The notes under the pieces were generated by a model that saw only the letters and a program-made list of their open reading frames with translations, searched no databases and was not told the DNA's origin. From IMG/VR virus record IMGVR_UViG_3300032224_000723, positions 64,001 through 128,000 of that record: a stretch of DNA of 64,000 nucleotides. One strand, written 5' to 3'. Position 1 is the first letter of the stretch. Every line of letters starts with the position of its first letter. This document shows, piece by piece, positions 10,289 through 18,862 of this stretch. The position numbers and the translations under genes were made by a program. This DNA comes from a virus.

Positions 10289-10817
10289 TACAAGTGGACG
10301 TCAACAAGTAGATTATTTTGTTGGCATTGAAGTAGAAAACACTGCAATGAAAGGCGAAAAGACTTTGTTTGTAGTAGGAGTTAAACCTGTAGACGAAATC
10401 ATTGAACTTGCAGAAAAACACGGTGTAAAACATTTATACTTCGGTACAAGCCAAAGTTTTCATCCACATAGTCCTTATGACTGGGCCGCATGGGATGACA
10501 TGATCAAACCTTTGTTGGTCAAAGACTATTGGGTTACACTGGACTTTGGTGTTGAATACTGTAAAGAAATTCACGAACAAGCATGGTGCGAATACAATAC
10601 GTTTATCCCCATGATCAGTGTTAAGATTCCTTACATTAAACTCTACAACTATAACGCCACAGTTAAAATTGATGACAACACTTGGGGCGACACTAATCCT
10701 GGTGTATGGTGCCACCCACTAAATGAACTACTGACCAGGAATGTATACACAGACTGGAAAGATTACACAGGAGATTTTCCTGTAACGCCAACACATAATG
10801 GAAGTGAAGAAGAATGA
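10278..10817 (+). CDS. Hypothetical protein within the deazaguanine cluster
   Basis: 179 aa ORF overlapping both neighbours; no motif recognised. Confidence 0.75.
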   Translation: MAIDTSGRQQVDYFVGIEVENTAMKGEKTLFVVGVKPVDEIIELAEKHGVKHLYFGTSQSFHPHSPYDWAAWDDMIKPLLVKDYWVTLDFGVEYCKEIHEQAWCEYNTFIPMISVKIPYIKLYNYNATVKIDDNTWGDTNPGVWCHPLNELLTRNVYTDWKDYTGDFPVTPTHNGSEEE

Positions 10818-11248
10818 ATCAAGAACAAAGAGCAACTGTAGATAGAATTATGGAAGCAGCCGACCGTAAAATATGGGTACGTTTCCAAAAAGAAGGAATC
10901 CATAAATACCCAGCGGCACTAGAAGAAGCCCACTTAGCAGATGTTGCGTTCCTTGGTTATCCTCATCGTCATATTTTCCATTTCCGGGTGTGGATTGATG
11001 TGTTCCACAACGACCGGGACGTGGAGTTCATCCAATTCAAACGCTGGTGCGAATCGCTGTATAACGGTGACAATTCCGTTCTAGCATTGGACTACAAGTC
11101 TTGCGAAATGATTGCAGATGACTTGTATGTACAAATTGCTGCCAAATATCCAGAACGCACAGTATGGATCGAAGTCAGCGAAGACAGTGAAAATGGTGCG
11201 TTGATAAAATACGAATTAACAAAACCCTACAACTCAATCAAAATTTAA
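10814..11248 (+). CDS. QueD-like T-fold protein (DpdL-like candidate CDG decarboxylase)
   Basis: LGYPHRHIF (LxxxHRHxF), VEFIQFK, SCEMIA, VSED..NGA are T-fold features; a canonical QueD is encoded separately. Confidence 0.65.
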   Translation: MNQEQRATVDRIMEAADRKIWVRFQKEGIHKYPAALEEAHLADVAFLGYPHRHIFHFRVWIDVFHNDRDVEFIQFKRWCESLYNGDNSVLALDYKSCEMIADDLYVQIAAKYPERTVWIEVSEDSENGALIKYELTKPYNSIKI

Positions 11249-11262
11249 TCAGGAGAATAATA

Positions 11263-11466
11263 ATGGGACAACCTAAATGGGTAGAAAAATATCTGCGTAT
11301 GAAGCCCGAAGTCAATCAAATTTTTAACGACTTAGAAGGCTACAAAGATTACTGTAGACTTAACATGTTGAAGTTTGACGAAAAGGATTTGTATCGCAGT
11401 GAACAATACCGCAAGTACGAAAAATATCGTAACTGGTTAAACCGTCAAGCAGAAGCACACAGATAA
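11263..11466 (+). CDS. Hypothetical protein
   Basis: AGGAG SD; TAATG coupling to the next gene. Confidence 0.75.
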   Translation: MGQPKWVEKYLRMKPEVNQIFNDLEGYKDYCRLNMLKFDEKDLYRSEQYRKYEKYRNWLNRQAEAHR

Positions 11467-12560
11467 TGGCTAAGATTTGGTTAGTTGATTTAGAAGCAGT
11501 TGAAACTAGGTACACGGCTCAGTGGAAAAGCCATGTGCCTAAACTTTTACAAAAGGCAGGTCATGATGTTCAAATTATCTCTGGTCCTACGGACATTCCT
11601 AGCGCCACTACTCCTGGCGCCTTTCTTAATTTTGGCGGCACTAATATATACAAGTCTAGCCAAGTTGAGCAAATGGGGCGTCTATTTTGTAGCGGATCCG
11701 TTCATGCTGGCGACCATTTTGTTTTTACTGACGCTTGGCATCCAGGCATTATAAACTTAAAGTACATGAGTGAGTTGCTGGGTATTCCAGTAACTACACA
11801 TGGTTTTTGGCATGCTGGCAGCTATGACCCACAAGACTTCCTTGGACGCTTAGTTGGTGATAAACCTTGGGTCAGACATGCAGAGAAAAGTTACTTCTGG
11901 GCATTTGATCACAACTACTTTGCCACAGAGTTCCACGTTAAACTATTCATTGACGAATTGCTTATGGATGGTTACAAAGAAGAAAATCCTTGGTACGAGG
12001 AAGATTACGCTGACCGCTACAAAAGTGGCAAGATGGTAAAAACAGGTTGGCCCATGGAGTATATGGATGATGTACTAACTCCATATAAAGGCATGACTAA
12101 ACGTGACCTTATTGTATTCCCACATCGCATTGCTCCAGAAAAACAAGTAGAGATTTTTAGAGACTTAAAAGAACAACTACCACAATATGAGTTTGTTGTT
12201 TGTCAGGATCAAGAGCTTACTAAAAATGAATATCATAACTTGCTAGGCGAGGCCAAGATTGTGTTTAGTTGTAGTCTACAAGAAACTTTAGGCATTGGAT
12301 GTTATGAGGGTGCGCTAGTAGACGCTATTCCCATGGTGCCCAATAGACTAAGCTATGAAGAAATGTATGAGCCACAATTTAAATATCCCAGTATGTGGAC
12401 TATAGATTGGGATCACTACTTAGGTAATAGAACTGCGTTGCGTGATCATATTGTTAAAACTATGAGCAACTACAAATCGCAATTATCTAAATTAAAAACT
12501 CAAACACAAAATTTAACCAACAACTTCTTCAGCGCAAATGAGTTCCTCAAACGCCTTTGA
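11466..12560 (+). CDS. GT-B fold glycosyltransferase (GT4-like)
   Basis: FPHRIAPEKQ; E-x7-E signature QETLGIGCYE; HAGSYDP. Confidence 0.8.
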   Translation: MAKIWLVDLEAVETRYTAQWKSHVPKLLQKAGHDVQIISGPTDIPSATTPGAFLNFGGTNIYKSSQVEQMGRLFCSGSVHAGDHFVFTDAWHPGIINLKYMSELLGIPVTTHGFWHAGSYDPQDFLGRLVGDKPWVRHAEKSYFWAFDHNYFATEFHVKLFIDELLMDGYKEENPWYEEDYADRYKSGKMVKTGWPMEYMDDVLTPYKGMTKRDLIVFPHRIAPEKQVEIFRDLKEQLPQYEFVVCQDQELTKNEYHNLLGEAKIVFSCSLQETLGIGCYEGALVDAIPMVPNRLSYEEMYEPQFKYPSMWTIDWDHYLGNRTALRDHIVKTMSNYKSQLSKLKTQTQNLTNNFFSANEFLKRL

Positions 12561-13149
12561 TGTAATATTACAGTTTGAACAAGAACTAGCAGAGTTCACT
12601 GGAGCTCCGTATGCAATTATGACTGATTGTTGTACACACGCTATTGAACTGTGCATGAGACATGACCGTGTAGAGTTTTGTACATTCACTCCTTTTACAT
12701 ATCTAAGCATACCCATGCTCATGCACAAACTAGACATTGAGTATGCGTATGAAGAGGATGATCCTGCTCAATGGATCGGTGAGTATCGTTTTCTATCAAC
12801 TAGAATCTGGGATAGCGCACGTAGGCTAGAAAAGGATATGTATAAACAGGACCAGATACAATGTCTCAGCTTTGGACACGGCAAGCCTTTACAAATAGGT
12901 CGTGGTGGTGCTATACTATTAGATGACAAACAAGCGTATGAGGAAATAATTTTAATGCGTTATGATGGCCGCGACCTAAATAATATACCCTGGACAAAAC
13001 AACAAAAGTTTAAAGTTGGTTATCACTATAAACCCACTCCAGAGGAAGCGGAAGTCGGCATTAAACTATTGGAAGGTATTCGAGTTAATCAACCCAAACC
13101 CGAATATGTTGAATATGCAGACCTAAGACAAATTACTATTACGGATTAA
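12538..13149 (+). CDS. Short DegT/DnrJ/EryC1/StrS-like PLP aminotransferase
   Basis: FEQELAEF..YAIMTDCCTHAIEL, WDSA, SFGHGKPL..GRGGAIL. Confidence 0.75.
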   Translation: MSSSNAFDVILQFEQELAEFTGAPYAIMTDCCTHAIELCMRHDRVEFCTFTPFTYLSIPMLMHKLDIEYAYEEDDPAQWIGEYRFLSTRIWDSARRLEKDMYKQDQIQCLSFGHGKPLQIGRGGAILLDDKQAYEEIILMRYDGRDLNNIPWTKQQKFKVGYHYKPTPEEAEVGIKLLEGIRVNQPKPEYVEYADLRQITITD

Positions 13150-13150
13150 T

Positions 13151-13891
13151 ATGACAGAACCAGTATCAATAGATAACATAAACGACAAAGGTTATGAAAC
13201 AGGCTATTTAGGCGGCGCCATTCGTGCTAGAATGAAACGTGAAGGTAAACGTTTCTGGGCAGGCGACAACATTAGCGAATACGTCAAAGACGACTTTGAT
13301 AAAAACGAGCTTATTGAAGAAGCCACTCGAGCATTTGAAGGTGTGCTTGATGCATTACTTATTGATAGAGAAACAGATCCCAACAGCAAGGGCACAGCAC
13401 GCCGACTGGCCAAAATGTACTTTAACGAAATTATGGCAGGTAGATATGAACCAGCACCAGATGCAACAGCGTTTCCTAATGATAGTCAAGACCGTTATGA
13501 GGGTATGTTGGTGGTTAGGAGCGAGCTTCGCAGTATGTGTAGCCATCATCATCAGCCTGTGGCTGGTGTCGCTTATATTGGAATTATTGCCGCAAACAAG
13601 CTCATCGGATTGTCCAAGTACACACGTATTGCCCAATGGTGTGCTCGTAGAGGAACCCTACAGGAAGAACTGTGTAATGACATAGCCCGGGAAATTATGA
13701 AAGCCACAGACAGTGAAAGCGTTGGTGTTTATATTCAAGCAGTGCATGGTTGTTGCGAGAATCGAGGCATCATGGCACATAGTAGCTTAACACAAACTAC
13801 AGTACTAAAAGGTGCGTTTAACACTGACCCAGGTACGAAGAAGGAATTCTTCGACAACATCAAACTTCAACAAGATTTTGCACCACGTTAA
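13151..13891 (+). CDS. folE: GTP cyclohydrolase I
   Basis: SMCSHHHQP, IGLSKYTR, LQEEL, HGCCENRG. Confidence 0.95.
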   Translation: MTEPVSIDNINDKGYETGYLGGAIRARMKREGKRFWAGDNISEYVKDDFDKNELIEEATRAFEGVLDALLIDRETDPNSKGTARRLAKMYFNEIMAGRYEPAPDATAFPNDSQDRYEGMLVVRSELRSMCSHHHQPVAGVAYIGIIAANKLIGLSKYTRIAQWCARRGTLQEELCNDIAREIMKATDSESVGVYIQAVHGCCENRGIMAHSSLTQTTVLKGAFNTDPGTKKEFFDNIKLQQDFAPR

Positions 13892-13901
13892 GGAGAACAC
13901 T

Positions 13902-14114
13902 ATGGCAACAGCAAAAGCAGTAAAATCATTTGGCGACAAACTGATCAAGGTAAATGAGTCGTTTACAATCAACATGTACGACAACGGCTTCATGGTAGAA
14001 GCAGGTGGACGCAATAAGAAAGGCGATTATGTTAACGCTAAGATCTTGTGCAACACACTGGATGAAGTTGTTTCGCTTGTGCGTGAAGCATGCGAAATGG
14101 ATCGTGACGTTTAA
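13902..14114 (+). CDS. Hypothetical protein
   Basis: AAGGAG SD before ATG 13902. Confidence 0.7.
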   Translation: MATAKAVKSFGDKLIKVNESFTINMYDNGFMVEAGGRNKKGDYVNAKILCNTLDEVVSLVREACEMDRDV

Positions 14115-14123
14115 GGAACAATC

Positions 14124-14627
14124 ATGGCTATCTGGACTGTAAAAACACATTACAAAAAGAATGTTCAAGAAGTTGAGACTTATGTACAACGAGATGGCAA
14201 AGGTCGAGTAACTGTTACTAATGGTTTCCGTTGGGGGTCTTGGGAAGTCACTACCACAGATGACAATCCTCCCGAGTTTGAATTTGACTTTGTGCCAGGT
14301 GGTGATGGTGCCAAAGACAGCATCAACATGTTAGAGTGCGAGTACAACAATATTGAAAGCGTTGAACTACTCAGCATGGATGACGGTGGTTGCTGGTATG
14401 ACATTGAGATCGAAGGACTAGACGAAGAAGCTGAAGAAGAGATTCGTGAGTTCCTTGATGAAAACAGTCCTTATGAACTAGAAGACCGAGACGACGGTTG
14501 GCAGCAGGATGACAGTGCTTGGTGGATCTGGGGTCCGATTGAAATTCAAAACGAAGCAGGTGAAACTGTACGCATCATCTGTGCAGATGCAGACGGTAAT
14601 GTTGTAGACTTTAAGGACGAAGAATGA
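14124..14627 (+). CDS. Acidic hypothetical protein
   Basis: AAGGA SD; very D/E-rich 167 aa. Confidence 0.75.
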   Translation: MAIWTVKTHYKKNVQEVETYVQRDGKGRVTVTNGFRWGSWEVTTTDDNPPEFEFDFVPGGDGAKDSINMLECEYNNIESVELLSMDDGGCWYDIEIEGLDEEAEEEIREFLDENSPYELEDRDDGWQQDDSAWWIWGPIEIQNEAGETVRIICADADGNVVDFKDEE

Positions 14628-14911
14628 GACTTTTAAAGAGAATACAGTTTAGAATACGGTATTGGTTGTATGTCAAGTCGGGTTTGAAGAAGCGAGATGA
14701 AGACAATTGGTGGAGAGGTGCTTGTTATGCCAACACTCGCGCAGATGTTCGTGCGGGCATGATAGAAATGAAAGACTGGTATCCTTGGAAAGAAGAGTCT
14801 CAGTTCATACATCTTTATGCTTTACATGCGAAAGTTGAGTGGACTCGACACCTGCGACCTGAATGGACTTGGAAGCAAGCAAGTAAACGTGTAACAAACC
14901 CAAAATGGTAA
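14624..14911 (+). CDS. Hypothetical protein flanked by a duplicated gene end
   Basis: ATGA overlap; see finding on the duplicated junction. Confidence 0.65.
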   Translation: MRLLKRIQFRIRYWLYVKSGLKKRDEDNWWRGACYANTRADVRAGMIEMKDWYPWKEESQFIHLYALHAKVEWTRHLRPEWTWKQASKRVTNPKW

Positions 14912-14935
14912 AGTAATCGATTTAAAGGACGAAGA

Positions 14936-15151
14936 ATGAAACCCGCAGACGCCGCTGGCAAAATACTGGACCGTGTAATGAACTTAAAAACTTATGTTGT
15001 TGAAGTTCAATTACCTGAAGAATTTGAATTCAATGGCAAAGTGCCATATGATTTGACAATTAAGGATGGAATTGTTAAAATAGAAATTCCTGCACTTAAT
15101 GAAAAAGAAGCCGCAGTCAAAGCTCGGCAGTTTTTAAATTCAAATTGGTAA
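14936..15151 (+). CDS. Hypothetical protein
   Basis: AAGGA SD; 71 aa. Confidence 0.65.
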   Translation: MKPADAAGKILDRVMNLKTYVVEVQLPEEFEFNGKVPYDLTIKDGIVKIEIPALNEKEAAVKARQFLNSNW

Positions 15152-15159
15152 AACGGAAC

Positions 15160-15215
15160 TTGACAAGTAAATAATTTTCAGTTATACTTGACTCATACTT
15201 TGAAATTCAAAGTAT
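15160..15215 (+). promoter_or_regulatory. Sigma70 promoter followed by a perfect 10-1-10 palindrome (operator-like)
   Basis: TTGACA(15160)-17 bp-TATACT(15183); ATACTTTGAA-A-TTCAAAGTAT at 15195-15215. Confidence 0.75.
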
Positions 15216-15273
15216 AAATCAAACTAGCCAATGCGAGATCAAGCAAAGGCTTTGACATTAACAAGGAGAAATT

Positions 15274-16296
15274 ATGTCACAAAAGCAAGACGCCTCAATG
15301 GCACCATTTGACCCCAGTGCAGGCAAAAAGACTCGAAAAGTTCCTTTGGTAGAAGTAGCCAAAGCAGTTAGTAAACGTATTGGTACTAAGATTGCTACCA
15401 AGACCAATGTTAATCCCCAGGACATTTTAAAATTTACTTGGGCACCATTAGAAAAAGTTTTTGTTAACTATGGGCGCCAACGTTATCCAGAACCAAAACA
15501 CCAACTAAAAGTTTTTAACAAGTGGAACATCCACTGTGTAACACCTTTACAGTGCCGTTATGATCCTGTAGAAGATCATTATTATGTTTCAGATGGTCAG
15601 CAACATGGCAGTGTTTGGGTCATGCAATATGGCCTACAAACAATGGTACCTGTGTTTTATGTAGAAAGCACAGATGAGAACATTGAAAGTGTACAACTGT
15701 TGGCGTTGAACACAGACAGTGAGCCAATGGCAAAATACTTTATTCATCAAACTGCTATTCAAACTGGCGATGTTGATGCCATTGCATTGGAGAAAAAGTT
15801 GACTGATGTAGACTGCTTCACTGCATATAAGAAAAAGACTCCAGGTGCTGTTACGCACATTAGTCACTTGTGGCAAGCACGTGATAGTTATGGTTTAGAT
15901 GATTTGGGCGAAGTAGCTGGTGCAATGCGTCGATTCTGGCCTTTGGAAAAGATTGCTGAACCGACTATGTTGGGCTTCCTTAAATTAAAGGAAATCCTTG
16001 TGTTTGAAAAGCAGTATACCGAAGACTTGCTGACTGACATCATCAGTGAATGTAGCAATTACTTTAGCAGTGCCAAAGACATGCACTTGCATATCAATCA
16101 TGCTTTTGAAAAGACATATCCTACAAACTATAAAGGTATGGGCGTTAGAGAAAAGATTGCTTCAGGTATTATCAGCATTTATGAACAAGCCAAACCAGAC
16201 TTTGTGTCTGCTAAACCATTTGCAATTGATGTAAGCATCATGGCAGATGAAATTATTACAGACTTAGACGAAGTATTTGAAGATGAACTCGCATAA
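15274..16296 (+). CDS. ParB/Srx-like N-terminal domain protein (DGQH-type)
   Basis: YGRQR, YYVSDGQQHG, VPVFYV; AAGGAG SD. Confidence 0.6.
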   Translation: MSQKQDASMAPFDPSAGKKTRKVPLVEVAKAVSKRIGTKIATKTNVNPQDILKFTWAPLEKVFVNYGRQRYPEPKHQLKVFNKWNIHCVTPLQCRYDPVEDHYYVSDGQQHGSVWVMQYGLQTMVPVFYVESTDENIESVQLLALNTDSEPMAKYFIHQTAIQTGDVDAIALEKKLTDVDCFTAYKKKTPGAVTHISHLWQARDSYGLDDLGEVAGAMRRFWPLEKIAEPTMLGFLKLKEILVFEKQYTEDLLTDIISECSNYFSSAKDMHLHINHAFEKTYPTNYKGMGVREKIASGIISIYEQAKPDFVSAKPFAIDVSIMADEIITDLDEVFEDELA

Positions 16297-16729
16297 GCTA
16301 TATCCAAAATATCTTCCTGGAACATATCACAGCCGTGATGTGTTCCAGCGTGTTGTGGAAACAAGGGATCTACGTATCCCTTGGGCTTACAAAAGTGCAG
16401 TCAAGTGGGGAGTAGATGCCGAAGAATTTTTAAAACTCTGTGGCCCTACTTGTAAATGTTGTGATAGCCCTTTGGATTATGGTGTTGGTAAAAACAATCA
16501 TGGCAAAAAGGACATAAACACACCCAGCACTGATCATATTGTTAGCCAACATGAAGGTAAACTTTTAGAGTGGACCAACGAACAAATCAATGACATTTCT
16601 AATTTTTGGATCATTTGTATGCGTTGCAATTTGCTTAAAAATAACAGCACTGCCGTAGATGCATTTCGATATCGAAGGATTGCAGATGTATTAGAAGCCA
16701 GATTAAATTTAATGGAGAAAAATAGTTGA
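16283..16729 (+). CDS. HNH endonuclease
   Basis: CKCC...STDHIV...NFWIICMRCNLLK. Confidence 0.8.
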   Translation: MNSHKLYPKYLPGTYHSRDVFQRVVETRDLRIPWAYKSAVKWGVDAEEFLKLCGPTCKCCDSPLDYGVGKNNHGKKDINTPSTDHIVSQHEGKLLEWTNEQINDISNFWIICMRCNLLKNNSTAVDAFRYRRIADVLEARLNLMEKNS

Positions 16730-17073
16730 TTGGCACAATAAAAACAACTAGTAAGTATGTTGCAGTTACTGGTGGCCCAGCTGGCAACTATGTCAACAAC
16801 TCTAATTATATGGCTGTTGGACAGTTACAATATAACACTAACAATCAGCAATTAGAACTATACAATGGCAAAGACTGGCAACCCCTTAATCTAGGAACTT
16901 ACCATGTTGATTTAAATCCACATGCTGAAAAGATACTTGATTGGGCCGCTAAAAAAATGTCTGAAGAACAAGAGCTTAAAGCTCGAATGGAAAAATATTC
17001 AGGTCTCAAAGATGCTTACGAGCAATTTCAGATCATGGACGCACTAACAATAGAGGAAGAAAAAAATGTTTAA
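16726..17073 (+). CDS. Hypothetical protein
   Basis: ORF overlapping both neighbours; GGAG SD. Confidence 0.7.
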   Translation: MIGTIKTTSKYVAVTGGPAGNYVNNSNYMAVGQLQYNTNNQQLELYNGKDWQPLNLGTYHVDLNPHAEKILDWAAKKMSEEQELKARMEKYSGLKDAYEQFQIMDALTIEEEKNV

Positions 17074-17362
17074 AAGATGGTTACGAAATTGGTTACTAAG
17101 TGACGAGACCGAAAAATCCCGTCGAGCGGAGAAATATTCTAACTCTGTCATCACCAGCGGCTCAACGTTCGACGCCGACGACCATCGTGTTAACACTTTA
17201 AGATTTAACGTCACTCCTGCAAGGGGAGGTATTGTACTTACAGTTAAACACTACGATCGCAAACGTGACGAAGATCATTGCACTGTCCATGTTCTACACG
17301 ATGGACAAGATCTAGCCAAGGATATTGGCGAAATTGTTAGTATGGAATTGTTGCGCTCATAA
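17066..17362 (+). CDS. Hypothetical protein
   Basis: Coupled ORF with GAGG SD. Confidence 0.7.
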   Translation: MFKRWLRNWLLSDETEKSRRAEKYSNSVITSGSTFDADDHRVNTLRFNVTPARGGIVLTVKHYDRKRDEDHCTVHVLHDGQDLAKDIGEIVSMELLRS

Positions 17363-17371
17363 GGAGTTGGC

Positions 17372-17821
17372 ATGTTACTTAACCTTTTAGATAAACTGGG
17401 CCGTCGACGTATTGTCATGGACCGAGTCAACAATGAACCGTATTTGGAACGTTACTACGTGTTCTTGAAAGATCGTACTTGGTTTCCATTTAATGTATTC
17501 ATACACAAGTTTCTTAAAAGTGATCCCGACGATGTACACGATCATCCTTGGCCCTACGCTACACTTATCTTAAAAGGCGGATATTGGGAATGGATTCCAC
17601 AGTTTAACAGTCTTGGACAGAAGGTCGGTGAAATAGCAACATGGCGTGGCGCTGGTCACTTTCGTATTTGTAAAGCCAATAGTTTTCATCGTATCGAACT
17701 TGATCCCAATGTAACTGCATGGACATTGTTTATGCCAGGTATTAAACAACGTGAATGGGGCTTTTTAAGTAAAGGCCGTTGGATACAGTGGCAAAAATAT
17801 TTGGAGCTTAGAACAAAATGA
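17372..17821 (+). CDS. Cupin-fold protein
   Basis: HDHPW...GGYWE...FHRIEL..WTLF; AAGGAG SD. Confidence 0.7.
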   Translation: MLLNLLDKLGRRRIVMDRVNNEPYLERYYVFLKDRTWFPFNVFIHKFLKSDPDDVHDHPWPYATLILKGGYWEWIPQFNSLGQKVGEIATWRGAGHFRICKANSFHRIELDPNVTAWTLFMPGIKQREWGFLSKGRWIQWQKYLELRTK

Positions 17822-18159
17822 TTCAATTACCTCTAGGATGTACTGTTGTCTACGGCATTCGCATAGACATCGACAATTTATCAGCTGACATCATTGACTG
17901 GTATAAAACTGTTGGTGGTGTTATAACTGAAAGCAAACACTACAACCGTAGAGGTAACGAACACGTAACGACTTATGTACAATATGGTAAGTCAAAGAAA
18001 TGCCATTATCATCACAATGGTGGATCCAACGCTGTCAGACTTCATTTCCTCGGCGAGGATGCCAGTGTTGCTAGTATGTTCTTATTAAAGTTTATGGAAC
18101 ATGTAACTGATCACAATCTTAAGGAAGTAATGCACAGGATTGAGTACGATAAATACTAG
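17818..18159 (+). CDS. Hypothetical protein (possible F-x-L-K-W/F family member)
   Basis: Coupled ORF; DASVASMFLLKF. Confidence 0.65.
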   Translation: MIQLPLGCTVVYGIRIDIDNLSADIIDWYKTVGGVITESKHYNRRGNEHVTTYVQYGKSKKCHYHHNGGSNAVRLHFLGEDASVASMFLLKFMEHVTDHNLKEVMHRIEYDKY

Positions 18160-18167
18160 TTCAATCC

Positions 18168-18232
18168 AGCGGCCTCTGAGCATCATCCCGCTATACAAAT
18201 TCTGCTGCCTATGCTATAATTAACATAGGAGA
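18168..18232 (+). ncRNA. Candidate cis-regulatory RNA (pseudoknot plus SD-sequestering hairpin) upstream of queD
   Basis: AGCGG(18168)/CCGCT(18188) stem; loop AGCA can pair with TGCT(18203); CCTATG(18208)/CATAGG(18224) hairpin overlaps the AGGAG SD. Confidence 0.4.
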
Positions 18233-18237
18233 AAAGC

Positions 18238-18741
18238 ATGTCACTACAACCCGTATTATACAAATACACCAGCACTAAAGAATACCACGACGCATTTCCT
18301 TGCGCTTATCGTCAATGGCGAGCAGACAGTCATTGTAATTTGATACATGGCTATTCGTTTAGTATGAAATTTTACTTTGGTACAAATGATTTAGATGTTC
18401 GTAACTGGGCCGGCGACTATGGTGGACTTAAAGAACTTAAGAAGATACTGGAAGATCAATTTGACCATACATTGATTGTTGCACAAGATGATCCAGAGCT
18501 GGAGACATTTAAGTTGTTGCAAGAAAAGAACATGGCCAAGATTGTGGTACTGCCCAAACTAGGTTGCGAAGGACTTGCGGATCAACTCTACAAGTTTGTA
18601 AACGGTGTTTACATTCCTGACAACTGGGGTCCGGGCGAAGCAGAACGCTTATGGTGCTATCGTGTTGAGGTACGTGAGACACAGGCTAATATGGCATTCC
18701 GTGAAGGCCATCGTGAATGGAATGAGGACTTGTTTGCATGA
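18238..18741 (+). CDS. queD: 6-carboxy-5,6,7,8-tetrahydropterin synthase
   Basis: HCNLIHGY, DYGGLK, FDHT, GCEGLA, VRET. Confidence 0.9.
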   Translation: MSLQPVLYKYTSTKEYHDAFPCAYRQWRADSHCNLIHGYSFSMKFYFGTNDLDVRNWAGDYGGLKELKKILEDQFDHTLIVAQDDPELETFKLLQEKNMAKIVVLPKLGCEGLADQLYKFVNGVYIPDNWGPGEAERLWCYRVEVRETQANMAFREGHREWNEDLFA

Positions 18742-18862
18742 AACTATACAAACACAGCAACGGTAAACAAGTCTTTTCCCCGAGCATATCCCTAAAGGAT
18801 GGGAAGTTATGTTGAAGCCAACGACCTTTGAAATTGTATGGCGTAAGATTCGGAATAGATAA
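18738..18862 (+). pseudogene. Small frameshifted ORF (1 nt short of a 41-aa gene)
   Basis: ATGA-coupled start and TAATG-coupled stop are in different frames; shift near GGTAAACA. Confidence 0.5.

Noticed and set aside
18168-18206. Canonical preQ1-I riboswitch call
   Set aside because: The topology is similar, but the loop and 3' tail do not match the consensus as I recall it; kept only as a candidate novel RNA.
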